This document shows, piece by piece, positions 28,650 to 41,310 of a DNA stretch of 64,000 bases. The notes below the pieces were generated by a model that saw nothing but the letters and a program-made list of their open reading frames with translations, was not told where the DNA came from and searched no databases. The translations under genes and the position numbers were made by a program. Source of the stretch: Eledone cirrhosa (lineage: Eukaryota); NCBI GenBank assembly GCA_964016885.1, contig OZ024743.1, positions 269,638,001 through 269,702,000 of the forward strand. The letters are read 5' to 3'. Position 1 is the first letter of the stretch. Each line of letters begins with the position of its first letter.

Positions 28650-29029
28650 TATTTCCATACCACAGGGCACAAAGCCTTATTTATTTAAAAGATTGATTAA
28701 TGTTGCTTGTTCCGTTCATTTTTATAGTTCTGGTATCTCAAATTAGTACCATTGAACAACAACTGTTATAGACACCATGTATATTTCCGTGGGTACTTAG
28801 TATCTACTGGAATATTTTTATCATTTATTTGTATTCCCCTTCTATCTAGAGAAAAAAAATGTTGTCTCGTGCTGCTATTTTTAGGAACAGGAAATTTCAA
28901 CAAGTCTATAATTCCCGCTTTTTCTTACGGCCTATTTATGTGTGGGTCACTTTAACGGCCTGACCATATATATCGGGCAGAAAGATATATTTACTACTAT
29001 AAGGCTTTGTGCCCTGTGGTATGTAAGTA

Positions 29030-29108
29030 GCTATCTGAAGAGCTGAATCTTTCCATTGGAAATCTCTGAATTTCCAATCTTTTGATAGGCGAAACCGTCG
29101 GTCACAGC
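29030..29108 (+). ncRNA. Type I hammerhead, long stem II (mirror copy)
   Basis: gctat-CTGAAGA-GC..GC-GAAAC-cgtcg-GTC-acagc; the consensus of the two copies restores stem I gctgt/acagc. Confidence 0.75.
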
Positions 29109-29299
29109 ACTAGAACAGGTGAATATTTAAATCATATTTTAATATATTTAAAAGATTGTTTAATGTTTGCTTGTTCCGCTCATATATATATAGAGAGAGA
29201 GATAGATATATATATAATTGCTAATTCCCAAATATTTCAAAAAATAGAATTTATTAAAAATACAATATATTATTTTTAAAATGGCTAAATGTTTGCTTG

Positions 29300-29410
<111 letters not shown>

Positions 29411-29411
29411 C

Positions 29412-29446
<35 letters not shown>

Positions 29447-29487
29447 CATATATATATACATATATATATACATATAATGTTTGCTTG

Positions 29488-29548
<61 letters not shown>

Positions 29549-29615
29549 TATATACATATATATATACATATATATATATATATACATATATATATACATA
29601 TATATATATATATAC

Positions 29616-29648
<33 letters not shown>

Positions 29649-29649
29649 C

Positions 29650-29696
<47 letters not shown>

Positions 29697-30030
29697 TATA
29701 TACATATATATATACATACATATATGTATATATATATATATACTGTATATATATATATATATACTGTATATATGTATATATATATATATATACATATATA
29801 TACAGTTGAAAATTGCAAACTTGACTGTCACCACACATTATGAACCTGGAGGTTTTGAAAGCATGAAAGTACTTGTTCAATTAACACTTAACATTTAATA
29901 TTCTACCATACTATTTCATTATAATACCATTATAAATTCTAAAGGATTGTAAATAAAACGAGTAAATCAGACAAAGTTGGAATTCCTTTTATTAATATAA
30001 TCTTCTATACACAATCATACACACCCGTGT

Positions 30031-30146
<116 letters not shown>

Positions 30147-30164
30147 GTTATATATCTGTTATAC

Positions 30165-30223
30165 ATATGTTAGACACGCAGTGACTAACAACAGAATGTT
30201 TTAAGTCTGCGTGTCTAACATAT
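30165..30223. repeat. Short fold-back
   Basis: atatgttagacacgcag / ctgcgtgtctaacatat. Confidence 0.8.
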
Positions 30224-30893
30224 ATGCGGAGCTTGTGAATAAAAAATTCAAGGGGTGTCGCTGGCCGTGGTAACCGCTGCCAAACATGTTTTGTAATGTA
30301 TCGTCTTATTGGCTAATCAACCAACGAGAGTAATTGTTGCTCAAAAGCATCCGCCATTTTGTTTGCACGTTTATTTATCGTTTCGTTTTCGAATCTTCCT
30401 CCTGTATTTCGTCGTTTATCATCAAAATATTCTTCTCGTTTTGGTAAGTTATATTGTTAATTTATATATTATTTTTAAAATTTATATTAACTATTCTTTT
30501 TTCAGTTCGTTATAACATGTTTATAATATTGGTTGTATCATATTTACTTGTATATTTGTCCATATTATTGTTCGTTTTATGTTAGATTATTTTATTATTA
30601 TTATGTTAGATTATTTTTTTATTATTATGTAGGCTATTTGTATGTAATATTTAATTTTTATTAATTCAACTATAACAATTATTATGTAAAATATATTTAT
30701 CTAATATTGATTGTTTTTTGTAGTTGTTCATATTAAAAGTCTGAAAATATGTTTATACATCTTACAATAATATTTATAAGATCATTTAAAAAATAACAAT
30801 TAAATAATCTAATTACATTACAACGATAATTTATTATTAATATATATCATGTTTAACTAGAGTTATTACAAGCGTTGCCTTAAAAAATATTAA

Positions 30894-31339
30894 ACTAGAC
30901 CTGAAAAAGGCGCAAGCTCAAAAGAGCCACAGAATGTTATAATAAACCTTCAAAAGTGTGGGACTAGAGTTGTTGCTAAAAAATATTGTAATCATTATCT
31001 ATCCTACACTCTGTGGCATCCTTTTATAAAAAAGAGACTCATAACGAACTCAAGACGACACTATAATTATTTAAGTGAATTTATAATATAGAATTCGGTT
31101 TAAGTGCATTTCGTATTAATCATTACTAAACATCTAATATGAGATATTGAACATTAGCTTAAATAATTATCGTGCCGTTTTGAGTTCGTTATGAGTCTCT
31201 TTTTTATAAAAGGATGCCACAGAATGTACGATAGATAATGATAACAATATTTTTGAGCAACAACTCTAGTCCCACACTTTTGAAGGTTTCTTATAACATT
31301 CTGTGGCTCTTTTGAGCTTGCGGATTTTTCAGGCCTAGT
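30894..31339. repeat. Inverted repeat, ~180-bp diverged arms
   Basis: 30894-31074 inverts 31158-31339; right end abuts (TA)n. Confidence 0.85.
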
Positions 31340-31389
31340 ATATATATCTATATATATATACATACATATATAATATATATATATATACG

Positions 31390-33100
31390 TGTAGAAGTAA
31401 ATACAGGAGAACAGACCGTTAAAACATGTTTATTTAAAAGAGCACCTACGTACGTTTCGCCCGAATGGGCTTCTCAAGGGCATAAATAACTAAAAAGCGT
31501 TTCTTACATGACCCGGAATGGGTTTTTAGGGATAAGTTCACGTCAGAGTTCATTCTTCGTAAAAAAACATGTTTTGATTTTGCAGTAGGTCAAGGGAGAT
31601 AACTCTGGTCGGTGTTAGGGCAGTCTTTTCCGGACAAATTTTTAATCCGTTACACGTATGTGGTTACTACCTTACCATTGTCGATACGCACAGGATCAGG
31701 TATGCAACGTTTGTTTCGAGACGTTAGTTTGCTGCGCCTGCCCGCCTGGGTCGATTCATGCCGGGTCTGAGATGCATGGTTAGTTTCCGGATGTTTTTTG
31801 CAGCGCCTGCCCGCCGGGGTGTTAAAGCTTTGTGCAGGGAGACCCGGTTTACGGTTTCACTCCTCGTTCTTATTCCATCTGAAGTAGGATATTTTTAAGC
31901 GGTGTATACAGCTTATCGTCGTTTCAGCTCTGCTGTTGATGAGCTCGTGGGGTGCCGTTATGATGTGGTAGAGCTTCATGAGGCAAAGCTCGCACTTCCT
32001 TTTGAAGCTGTACGGTGCAGCCCTGCCGACAATTTCCTAGTGTGTGGAGAAGCTGATGTTTGAGTCATTTAATGTTGTGATGTAGTTCGCGAGCGAAGTG
32101 GAGTGTCTTAATTTCTTATTTGTGAAAGAGTGGAGATGTGTTCGAAATCTAATTTTGAACGGGCCAGTGGTAGCCCCTATATAATGTTTAACGCTATTAT
32201 GGCTAGTTACGGTGCACCTATATATACCCCTATCAGTCAAGCAGTTTCCCCTAAGGGGGCAGCGTCCCCTGTCGCGGCATTTGCAATTTCTGTCGCGGTC
32301 CCTTCTAGTTCCCACGGTAAGGTTATTATTATTGATATCTACGTTGTTACCTACGCTCCCGCATCTGTCATTAGCACCATTATAACCCACTGTGCGCGGG
32401 GTGGTACCATTATTATTCCGCACGCAGCAGCGTCTTCCGTTGCCGCCAGGTGACCCGTGCGGATCACCTGCATATTCCCCAGTCATGTCGCGGTTATGTT
32501 GGTTGCGTCTGTAGAGGCTGTTGCCAGCACTATTGGATGCTGCTAGGGAGTCGATAAGGCCGATATAGTTGTTGTCAGGTGTAGGTGCGTCTGTGCTAAG
32601 GTGCTGTGTGTTGGTGATCTTACTGTGATTAGTTGTTCCTATGATGTCCGCTAGGGTAGGAGTAGTAGAGAAGGATATTTTTATATTGTTCCTATTAAGG
32701 ATTTTCCTATACCTATGGTTGGGTGGGAAGTTCTTCTCTAAGGCTTCGAAGAATATCCGGGGTAGGTCAGAGGCCACACTCCGAGAGTAGGGGGTGGGGG
32801 TGGAACCATAGGACGTTACGGTGGCGATTACGTGTCTTTGTACGTTTGCTACGAGTTGTGCTATCAGGGTGACCGTTCTTATGCATGTTAATGCGCCGTA
32901 GCCCGTTACGTGTCCCTTTCGCTTTATGCTCGGGTGCACGCTTCTTCCTTCTGCTATGTTTATGTATAGGAAGATGTTGGTTGGAAGGCGTTGGTAGTAG
33001 GCCGTCGCCTTTGTTGATTTTATAGTAGGGGAATAATTCGAGTAGGCTACAGTGGTCACTGTCACCGGGGTCGTGATCTTTATTGTGTGGTAAGCTATCT
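31390..33100 (-). mobile_element. Naiad-type PLE 3' fragment
   Basis: FPPNHRYRKILNRNNIKISFS..CKCRDRGRCPLRGNC..GIYRCTV..HYIGATTGPFKIRFRTH; pLTR with variant hammerhead at 31443. Confidence 0.85.
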
Positions 33101-33272
33101 ATACTATCGCCAGTGTAATTAACATTACACTCTGCTATTTCTCTCGCCCACTATATATTAACACTTCTAATATTTAAGACTGTCGGCAATAGTATTGAGC
33201 ACCCTCTGCATACGCTATTTGGCAAATAACTACATGTATCACCTATCCCTCCTTCTCTCTCTCGATACGTAA

Positions 33273-33347
<75 letters not shown>

Positions 33348-33654
33348 ATTATCAGGAATGCCCAGATGATTACATACGAATGAAACAATTCCTGTTGAAA
33401 TCATTACTATATAAAATACATGATCTATTTCGCTACTAATGTATTGAGTACCTTAGAGAACTGTATGCTTTTTGTCGATCCCCCACGGAAACCATCCTTA
33501 ATTATAAGTTACGGCCCTTTATGATCTGAGTTCAAATCCAGCCGATGTTAAATTTGCCTTTCATCCTTTCGGGGTCGATAAAAGGAAGTACCAGTAATGC
33601 ACTGGGTAATTGCTGGTCTTGTGCCAAAGGTAGAAACAATTATATATATATATA

Positions 33655-33860
33655 GTAATAATAAATGCGAGGACTAAAATCCAAAGAGGGCCGATAAGGA
33701 TTGAACCAAAGTATCGTCTTCCTGTTTTCCTTCGGTTGCAACGTTTTTCGAAATATTTACTTCTGCGTTCACAGATTGACTTTTTTTTAGTTTCAGAAGA
33801 TCCCGTTAAGTGTGAAAGCAGCGATTCTTTGCTTAAACTTTAATCTGTTATTTTAATAAA
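33655..33860. repeat. Interspersed repeat family C (pLTR-like); copies at 50898-51050 and as a fold-back at 55062-55220
   Basis: Shared ctttaatctgttattttaat terminus and cagaagatcccgttaag..gaaagcagcgattc. Confidence 0.7.
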
Positions 33861-33879
33861 TAAATAAATAAATAAATAA

Positions 33880-33922
<43 letters not shown>

Positions 33923-33959
33923 ATTAAATAAATGGAAACTATATTTATAAAACCATATT

Positions 33960-34025
33960 TATTTCATTATATATATTTCAGGGATATCATATTAACAATA
34001 TGCTATGCCTTCCTCAGACAAAATA
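33960..34025 (-). ncRNA. Type I hammerhead (inverted pLTR copy)
   Basis: Mirror of 37008-37073. Confidence 0.78.
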
Positions 34026-34484
34026 CAATATAAACAGTTTTATAGATAAATAGATTCGACATACCGTAACAACATCGACTTGCATTTGAAGAGGTTGATT
34101 TGGCAGTGAAAAAATTGTACACAGAGAGAAAGAAAGAGAGAAAAAAGAAAGAAAGACAGAAAACGAAGAAAAGGAAGAAAAAGAAGAAATGCATGGAACA
34201 AAATAGAGAGATGGAAAGATAGATAAAGAGAAGAACTTCATGTAAAGAAACAGAAAGAGATATATATATATATAGAGAGAGAGGAAATAGAGATAGATAC
34301 ATATATATATAGAAAATTAGGTAGTGGGAGGTCTGTTGAGTAAATGTATCAATGATACATTTATTTATTTATTTATTTATTTAGCTCTAGTATTAATGTA
34401 AGGGAGATATATATAGAGAGAGAAAAATATATAGAGAGAAAAAATATAATCAATTCGCTACATAGGAAAATACCTGGTACTACC

Positions 34485-35654
34485 GGAGGTTTATATAGAG
34501 ATGACATGCTTTTACTTATTGGTAATAATAACCCTGAACTAAATAGAAAATGTAAACAAATTACACAATTTTGTAATTACTTTAATCTTAAAATAGAAAT
34601 TGAGAACAACCATAGAATAGTCAATTTCCTAGATATAACATTAAATCTCCATACATGTCTTCACTATCCTTTTCACAAGTTGAATGAAAACTTAAACTAT
34701 GTCAACTTTAACTCTAACCACCCCAGATCTGTCAAAAACACTATAGTAAACTCTGTTCAAAAACGTATCTCTAGGATCTCGTCGAATAGAAAGATTTTCG
34801 ACGAAAAAGCCCAATACTATAATGAAGCATTAGCTAGAGCAGGATATGCTGATAAGATTGTGTACATAGATAATGATAGACAAACTAAACAAAGTAACAA
34901 CTTTTTTAATTACGGCAACAACCTTAACAACTATAATAGAAAGCATTACAATAATTCCAAAGGCCAAAAAAGAAATAGAACTAGGAACATAATTTGGTTT
35001 GCCCCCCCTTTCTCACTAAACATTAAAACCCACATCGCTAAACTATTTTTCAAAGCTCTTGATAATCGCTTCCCTAGAACACATAGGTATCACTCAATTT
35101 TCAATAGACATACAATAAAATTAACCTACTCATCCACCAAAAATTTAGCACAAAATATTAATAGAATAAATAATAGGAACTTAAAACCTAGTGATAATAG
35201 CATAAATAATATACAAGTTAACAAATGTAACTGTAGAGATAGATCTAAATGTCCGTTAAATAACAACTGCTTAGTTAAGAATATAGTATACAATTGTAAT
35301 GTTAATACTGACTCTAATTCTTTTAACTACGTCGGTTCCACATCGACGGAATTTAAACTTCGCTATAATAACCACAAGAATTCTTTCACAGATCCAAGCA
35401 AAAAATCTTCAACGGCACTATCAGGCGTACTCTGGCAACTTAAGCTAGATAACGTTAGATATTCGACGGCTTGGAATATAGTCTCAAGAGGGATTCCTTT
35501 TAATTCATCCTCTGAGACATGTGACCTCTGCGCAGAGGAGATATTCTTTATACTAAAATCTAAAAATTCCCTTAATCTACGGACAAATTTATTCAGTTGT
35601 TGCAAACATAGATTAAACTCAACGTTTAAATATAAATTTAAATTTAAAATGTAG
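34485..35654 (+). CDS. Naiad-type PLE RT C-terminal half plus CxCx5Cx5C Zn finger plus GIY-YIG endonuclease (uninterrupted, 5'-truncated)
   Basis: GLYRDD in frame just upstream of 34506; NFLDITL, SNHP, IWFAPPFS, CNCRDRSKCPLNNNC, NIVY..YVGSTSTEFKLRYNNH, CDLC. Confidence 0.88.
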   Translation, partial: GGLYRDDMLLLIGNNNPELNRKCKQITQFCNYFNLKIEIENNHRIVNFLDITLNLHTCLHYPFHKLNENLNYVNFNSNHPRSVKNTIVNSVQKRISRISSNRKIFDEKAQYYNEALARAGYADKIVYIDNDRQTKQSNNFFNYGNNLNNYNRKHYNNSKGQKRNRTRNIIWFAPPFSLNIKTHIAKLFFKALDNRFPRTHRYHSIFNRHTIKLTYSSTKNLAQNINRINNRNLKPSDNSINNIQVNKCNCRDRSKCPLNNNCLVKNIVYNCNVNTDSNSFNYVGSTSTEFKLRYNNHKNSFTDPSKKSSTALSGVLWQLKLDNVRYSTAWNIVSRGIPFNSSSETCDLCAEEIFFILKSKNSLNLRTNLFSCCKHRLNSTFKYKFKFKM

Positions 35655-37007
35655 TATATTTAGTTTGATTTATATTTATATGGGAAACTAGCCGATAAAT
35701 CTTTGATTCCTTCTTTTTATTTTTTATTTTTATTTTATTTTTATTCAAACATTCCTCATGAAAAATTAAGCTACCCTAAAAGCTGATGCTCCAAATATTT
35801 CGAATAAACGTTACACTAGATAAACTTCTATATTAAATATAAGAACACATGTAGACCAAATTGGGCATCCTAAACTTTTTGAAATGATCTTTGCTAGATG
35901 TGATTTGATAGATAATTTTTTGGCTTTATCTGTTTTTCGACTCTGATGCTTATAATGAACTTGGCAATATATTGTCAATTAATTTTGAAGGGTTGATCTT
36001 TGTGGTTTATTTTTATTTTTATTTTTTATTATTGTAGTATTTTCTAATATTTTTATTTTTAATATTTAATATTTTTAATATGTAAATTTTTTAATATGTA
36101 ATATTTTTAATATGTAATATTCTTTCGTAATATTTTTTTAGTTTTCTATTTTTTTATTATTACTTATTATTATTATTGTTATTTTTTGTTTCTGATATAT
36201 ATTTTTATTAGTATATTGAAATCTGCTCTCTATTTCTGCTTGATAGATAATCTTGTAGAGTAAAGACAGGAATAATAATACACATATATGTATACTCAAA
36301 TTTTTATACCACATTGAGAATGTTTTCCGTGAACTTAGGGTTTGCAGAGTTGATCATGTAGATTCACATGGATGTTTGTAGCTATCACATAAACATATGA
36401 ATTTTTTTAAAAAACTAAACATAAGATCATTAATTTTCACACACTATGGATACTTGTCTCATTCAGGAATACTGATATTTACAATATAGTGGATGTTTTA
36501 TAAATACTAATACCTCTACATTAAAACATAGGGTTTTTTACGCCTCGCATATATCTGGTTATTTTTAAATTTTTTCTCTCGCTATATTTTTTCTCTCTCT
36601 ATATTTTTCTCTCTCTATATATATCTCCCTTACATTAATACTAGAGCTAAATAAATAAATAAATAAATAAATAAATGTATCATTGATACATTTACTCAAC
36701 AGACCTCCCACTACCTAATTTTCTATATATATATGTATCTATCTCTATTTCCTCTCTCTCTATATATATATATCTCTTTCTGTTTCTTTACATGAAGTTC
36801 TTCTCTTTATCTATCTTTCCATCTCTCTATTTTGTTCCATGCATTTCTTCTTTTTCTTCCTTTTCTTCGTTTTCTGTCTTTCTTTCTTTTTTCTCTCTTT
36901 CTTTCTCTCTGTGTACAATTTTTTCACTGCCAAATCAACCTCTTCAAATGCAAGTCGATGTTGTTACGGTATGTCGAATCTATTTATCTATAAAACTGTT
37001 TATATTG

Positions 37008-37073
37008 TATTTTGTCTGAGGAAGGCATAGCATATTGTTAATATGATATCCCTGAAATATATATAATGAAATA
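37008..37073 (+). ncRNA. Type I hammerhead in Naiad pLTR
   Basis: tattttgt-CTGAGGA-a-GG..CATATT-gtt-AATATG..CC-t-GAAAT-ATAT-ATA-atgaaata. Confidence 0.8.
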
Positions 37074-37230
37074 AATATGGTTTTATAAATATAGTTTCCA
37101 TTTATTTAATATTGTAAATATACTCCAAATATTTGTCGAGTGCTTTTATATCAGTTATAAATATTTACTAGTTGTAACCCAACAATTTTAAATATAACTT
37201 TCCATATATATATATATATATATTTATTTA

Positions 37231-37265
<35 letters not shown>

Positions 37266-37273
37266 TTATTTAT

Positions 37274-37979
37274 TATAGCTCTGGTTCATCTGAATCATTG
37301 AGCACTTGCCACACATCTCGGAGGTTGTTTTTCGTTATTTCGTGGGCCGAAATGCGATTCTCGATAATTTATGTTTGTATTAATCTCCAGACTCTAGCTA
37401 TTGACCAGTTAATTTTCTTGATTTTTTAGTTGATTCTATTGTCTGATAAATAGCTTATGTTAATTTTAACCCTTCTGTTGAGAACTCTATTCGATTTGTG
37501 ATGTTTTGCATTCTTGCAAAAATATACACAACTGAATTCATTCGCCTGATATAGGGGTTGCCTCCCTTGCCGATCCCCACCTCGGGTCAGCAATAGTCAG
37601 TCCTTGTATTAACATCGAACTAAAACCTGTTGAGTAAGTGGCTTCCTTGTTCAATCATCTTACCAGAAGCCTAACATTATTTATGTAAGCAGACAGTACT
37701 TGATTTAGGAGCCGCAGAAACCCAAATACTTGATTTTACCAACCTTCCAGGGGTCCGGGTAAATTTTCAATCACAGATATCTTTTATTTGTTTGACCCGA
37801 ATTACTTGATCGTTTTTTTGGCTATGCGAATGATTGTTTAATCATCGTCTCAGTGTGTTTGGCCTTCAACGTTTGTTATAGCTCTGGTCCATCTGAATCA
37901 TTGAGCACTTGCCACACATCTCGGAGGTTGTTTTTCGTTATTTCGTGGGCCGAAATGCGATTCTCGATAATTTATGTTT

Positions 37980-37980
<1 letters not shown>
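37274..37980. repeat. ~700-bp unit with ~105-bp terminal direct repeat
   Basis: ttatagctctggt..gataatttatgtttg at 37274-37377 and 37877-37980; (TA)n flanks. Confidence 0.8.
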
Positions 37981-38014
<34 letters not shown>

Positions 38015-38032
<18 letters not shown>

Positions 38033-38604
38033 TGAGGATGTCTGTCTGTGTGTGTGAGTTTGAATCCCTAAAACTAGAGAAGCACCCAAGCGACTGTTTT
38101 CAAACTTTATACATGTAATACTTATGTTTCAGGGAGTGTTCTGAGCAAAATAAATTTCAAATTTTCAATGGCATAGGGACCGCATTAGGCGATTTAGCGA
38201 TCTCTCTCTATAATTCTTAGTCTTTCTCTTTTTAGATAGATACATACATATAACGTCGTGCCCTTATAATATCTGTCTGTATGTCTGGCTGTCTGCATTA
38301 CGTCACTTCCTACAATTCGCTCTGCGTCCAGAACGCGCCCTTATAATATCTGTCTGTATGTCTGACTGTTAGCTGCCTCTGGTTATTCTGCCACCATTGC
38401 TCAAGACAAATCTCTCACTCATTCCCAAACAGTTGGTAAGTGCACACAGCTTCTTCCTCGCGTTTTAAGCCACAGTGTTGCTTACTTACGCACCACCAGA
38501 CCCTTACTTTTTGCCAGCCGTGGTTGTGGCAATACTAAGCTTAGCTGAGGCAGTTATATATTTCACAATATCTAATCCCGTGCAACGCCGGGTAACACTG
38601 CTAG
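38015..38604 (+). mobile_element. Non-autonomous Helitron
   Basis: 5' tatataaaactgagg..ccctaaaactag; 3' hairpin CCCG-tgcaacgc-CGGG followed by CTAG|T at 38601-38604; internal tctg microsatellite. Confidence 0.8.
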
Positions 38605-39441
38605 TATATATACTGGGTAGTTACTAGCCTATGGCATCTGGTCGTTGCAACAGAGTCCTTGATTTTCGTCCCCACACATCCTCACTATCAAACGCCTACG
38701 TGTCCATTGTAGTTTGACGTTTGACCGAAAGTGTTCATCTATTTCGTCACATATATTTTACTTGATGTATTACATTCTTTAACGCTACCTTGATACCAAC
38801 AATGACGACTCTATCGATCCCAACTTCCTTACTTTCGATGCCGTCAGGATTCTCTCCCTTTTTTCTTTACCTTCTCTCAATCTTTTGAACTCGCCTTTCC
38901 TTTACTACAATGTTATCGCCTCTGTTTCGTACTTGTGTAAATTTAGTCTAATGATTTTATTTGACTTCCTCTGATTAATTTATCATGCTTACACACACAC
39001 ACGCACACACGCACAGACGTATTCATGAACTTTACATTTTGAACCAGGATATGCTCTTTCTATGCTTTCTATTCTTTATCATTTCCTTCTCGCCTTTCTC
39101 CAATTCTCTCCTTCCACTACACCCGTCTCTCTCAAAACACTCAAACAAACTTATATTATTATAAAACAAAATGAAGAAAGAAACAACCCAAATTTTAATG
39201 TTCTCATGACATATCAAGACATGTCAAAGCTGGCAGAGAATTAAACGAAAACAAAACCTACAGTAATAACAATACTGCTTAGAATGTATACACACTTACA
39301 CATATACATTCATATACATGCACACACATGTATATGTAAATACATACATACATACATATATATATATATGTACATATAAATCGTCTTCTCCCCCTCTCTC
39401 TCTCGCCGCCTCTTTCTGTCTCTCTCTCTCTTTCTCTCTCT

Positions 39442-39507
<66 letters not shown>

Positions 39508-39542
39508 TATATGTATATATATATATATGTATGTATGTATGA

Positions 39543-39603
<61 letters not shown>

Positions 39604-40142
39604 TGTATGTATGTGTGTATGTATGTATGTGTGTATGTATGTATGTGTACAATACTCTAATAAGATAACACGCCCCATCGACATGTAAAAAGTAATATAA
39701 ACTTTTCAACAGACATGTCTTTAACTTTAACTACTCCTGCCCGGCAACATCGCCCCTAGCTCCCACGTCACAACCAGAACACACACCTATAAATCCCTTC
39801 CCCAACAACCAGCCTGCAATTGTCGACATCAATCTACCTGCGTACGCAGGTCATTCTGTCCTTCCAACACAATTCTATATTCATTACCCCCCCCCCCTCC
39901 GTCTTGGAGAAAGCATTGAACAGAATTTCTCATGACTCACTGTGAACACCTTCAAAGTTCGTTATTATCAACAACGTCGCTTACTCATATCTTCAATCCA
40001 TTCATGGGTATTTAACACCTGGTGGAGTCTTGGATAGTTAAACGTAGAGAAACCTATTCCACTCCTGGTCTAAATATAGCCGACTTCCTCCAGAGAAAAC
40101 AGAGAAAGAGAGAAAGATTGTATCTGTGTGTGTGCGTCTGTA

Positions 40143-40204
<62 letters not shown>

Positions 40205-41214
40205 AAAGACAAATTGAGAAAGTATTGACCCCAGCATTGGATTGATATTCTATTTACCGACATCGGAAGGTTAAAAAAAGCAAAGCTGATGTTGGCGAGA
40301 CTTGAACCCCGAACGCCGGAACGAATAATGCAAATTATTACCTGCCACATTCTAATGACTCTGTTAGTTCACCCTCTAATTTAGATCAAGAAATAGGAAA
40401 ATCTTCTCATCACTGTAGTAATTCCTTTGGAAAGCCCAAAGACCAGCTAATCTATATGCAATCTAAAACATGGAGGAGACAGTTTTAGAACGTCGGATAG
40501 AATGCTCTCTGGGCTCTCTGAGTTCAAATAAAAAAGTCGATAAAAAAGTAACAGTCAAGTACTGGGTTCGAGTCTTTCTCTCTATTTTTTTCTTCGCATT
40601 TCCCTCTCCTCATTTTCTTTCTCCCGTGGAGGAAATTGTGGGTTCAACCTGAAGACGTGATGGGCTCCGCTAGTTTTAAAGTGCCCACATTTATGCAGCA
40701 TGTTATGACAGTACCCTTACGGCTCCATAATGGATGACGGGTCCATACATACAAAATAACATGGGGTGTCAATATTTCAAGTGACCAAAAAAAAACTAGA
40801 TTTTCTAATGGAAGACTTAATGAGATTAAAAGCATTCGTAGCAATAAGTCTAAACAAAGTCATTAACTTAACAAGCATTGGGGAAATTTGAATATTGAAA
40901 CATGTACGTTGCATCGCAAGTGACCACAACAATAGTCGTCCACTATAAATAACAATTGAGAAAATCGATAACTGAGAAGAAGAAAAGTGGATAGAGAAGC
41001 CTTCGAAGAATTAAACCTCGCAACTCTCGGATGAGAGACAAGCGCGCTAACCACTGCACTAAAGAGCTGTCATAGTCAAAATTCGTTTACACATTAAGTA
41101 TCGTCGTACTATTATAGAAAAATATTTTTCCATATTATAGTCAGGCCGTTGGCTTGGCAGAATTGTTAGAGCATTGGACAAAATCTTTGCGGTATTTGCT
41201 CCTGCTGTTTAAAC

Positions 41215-41256
<42 letters not shown>

Positions 41257-41263
41257 TGACAAT

Positions 41264-41310
<47 letters not shown>

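Larger units (their letters stand above)
33917..37116 (+). mobile_element. Naiad-type PLE, 5'-truncated, with ~530-bp inverted pLTR duplication
   Basis: 33917-34448 inverts 36584-37116 almost exactly (identical 75-aa spurious ORFs); internal RT/EN ORF. Confidence 0.92.

Noticed and set aside
37530-37600. Minus-strand GGCGAATG resembling HDV J4/2
   Set aside because: No P2 partner or L3 motif
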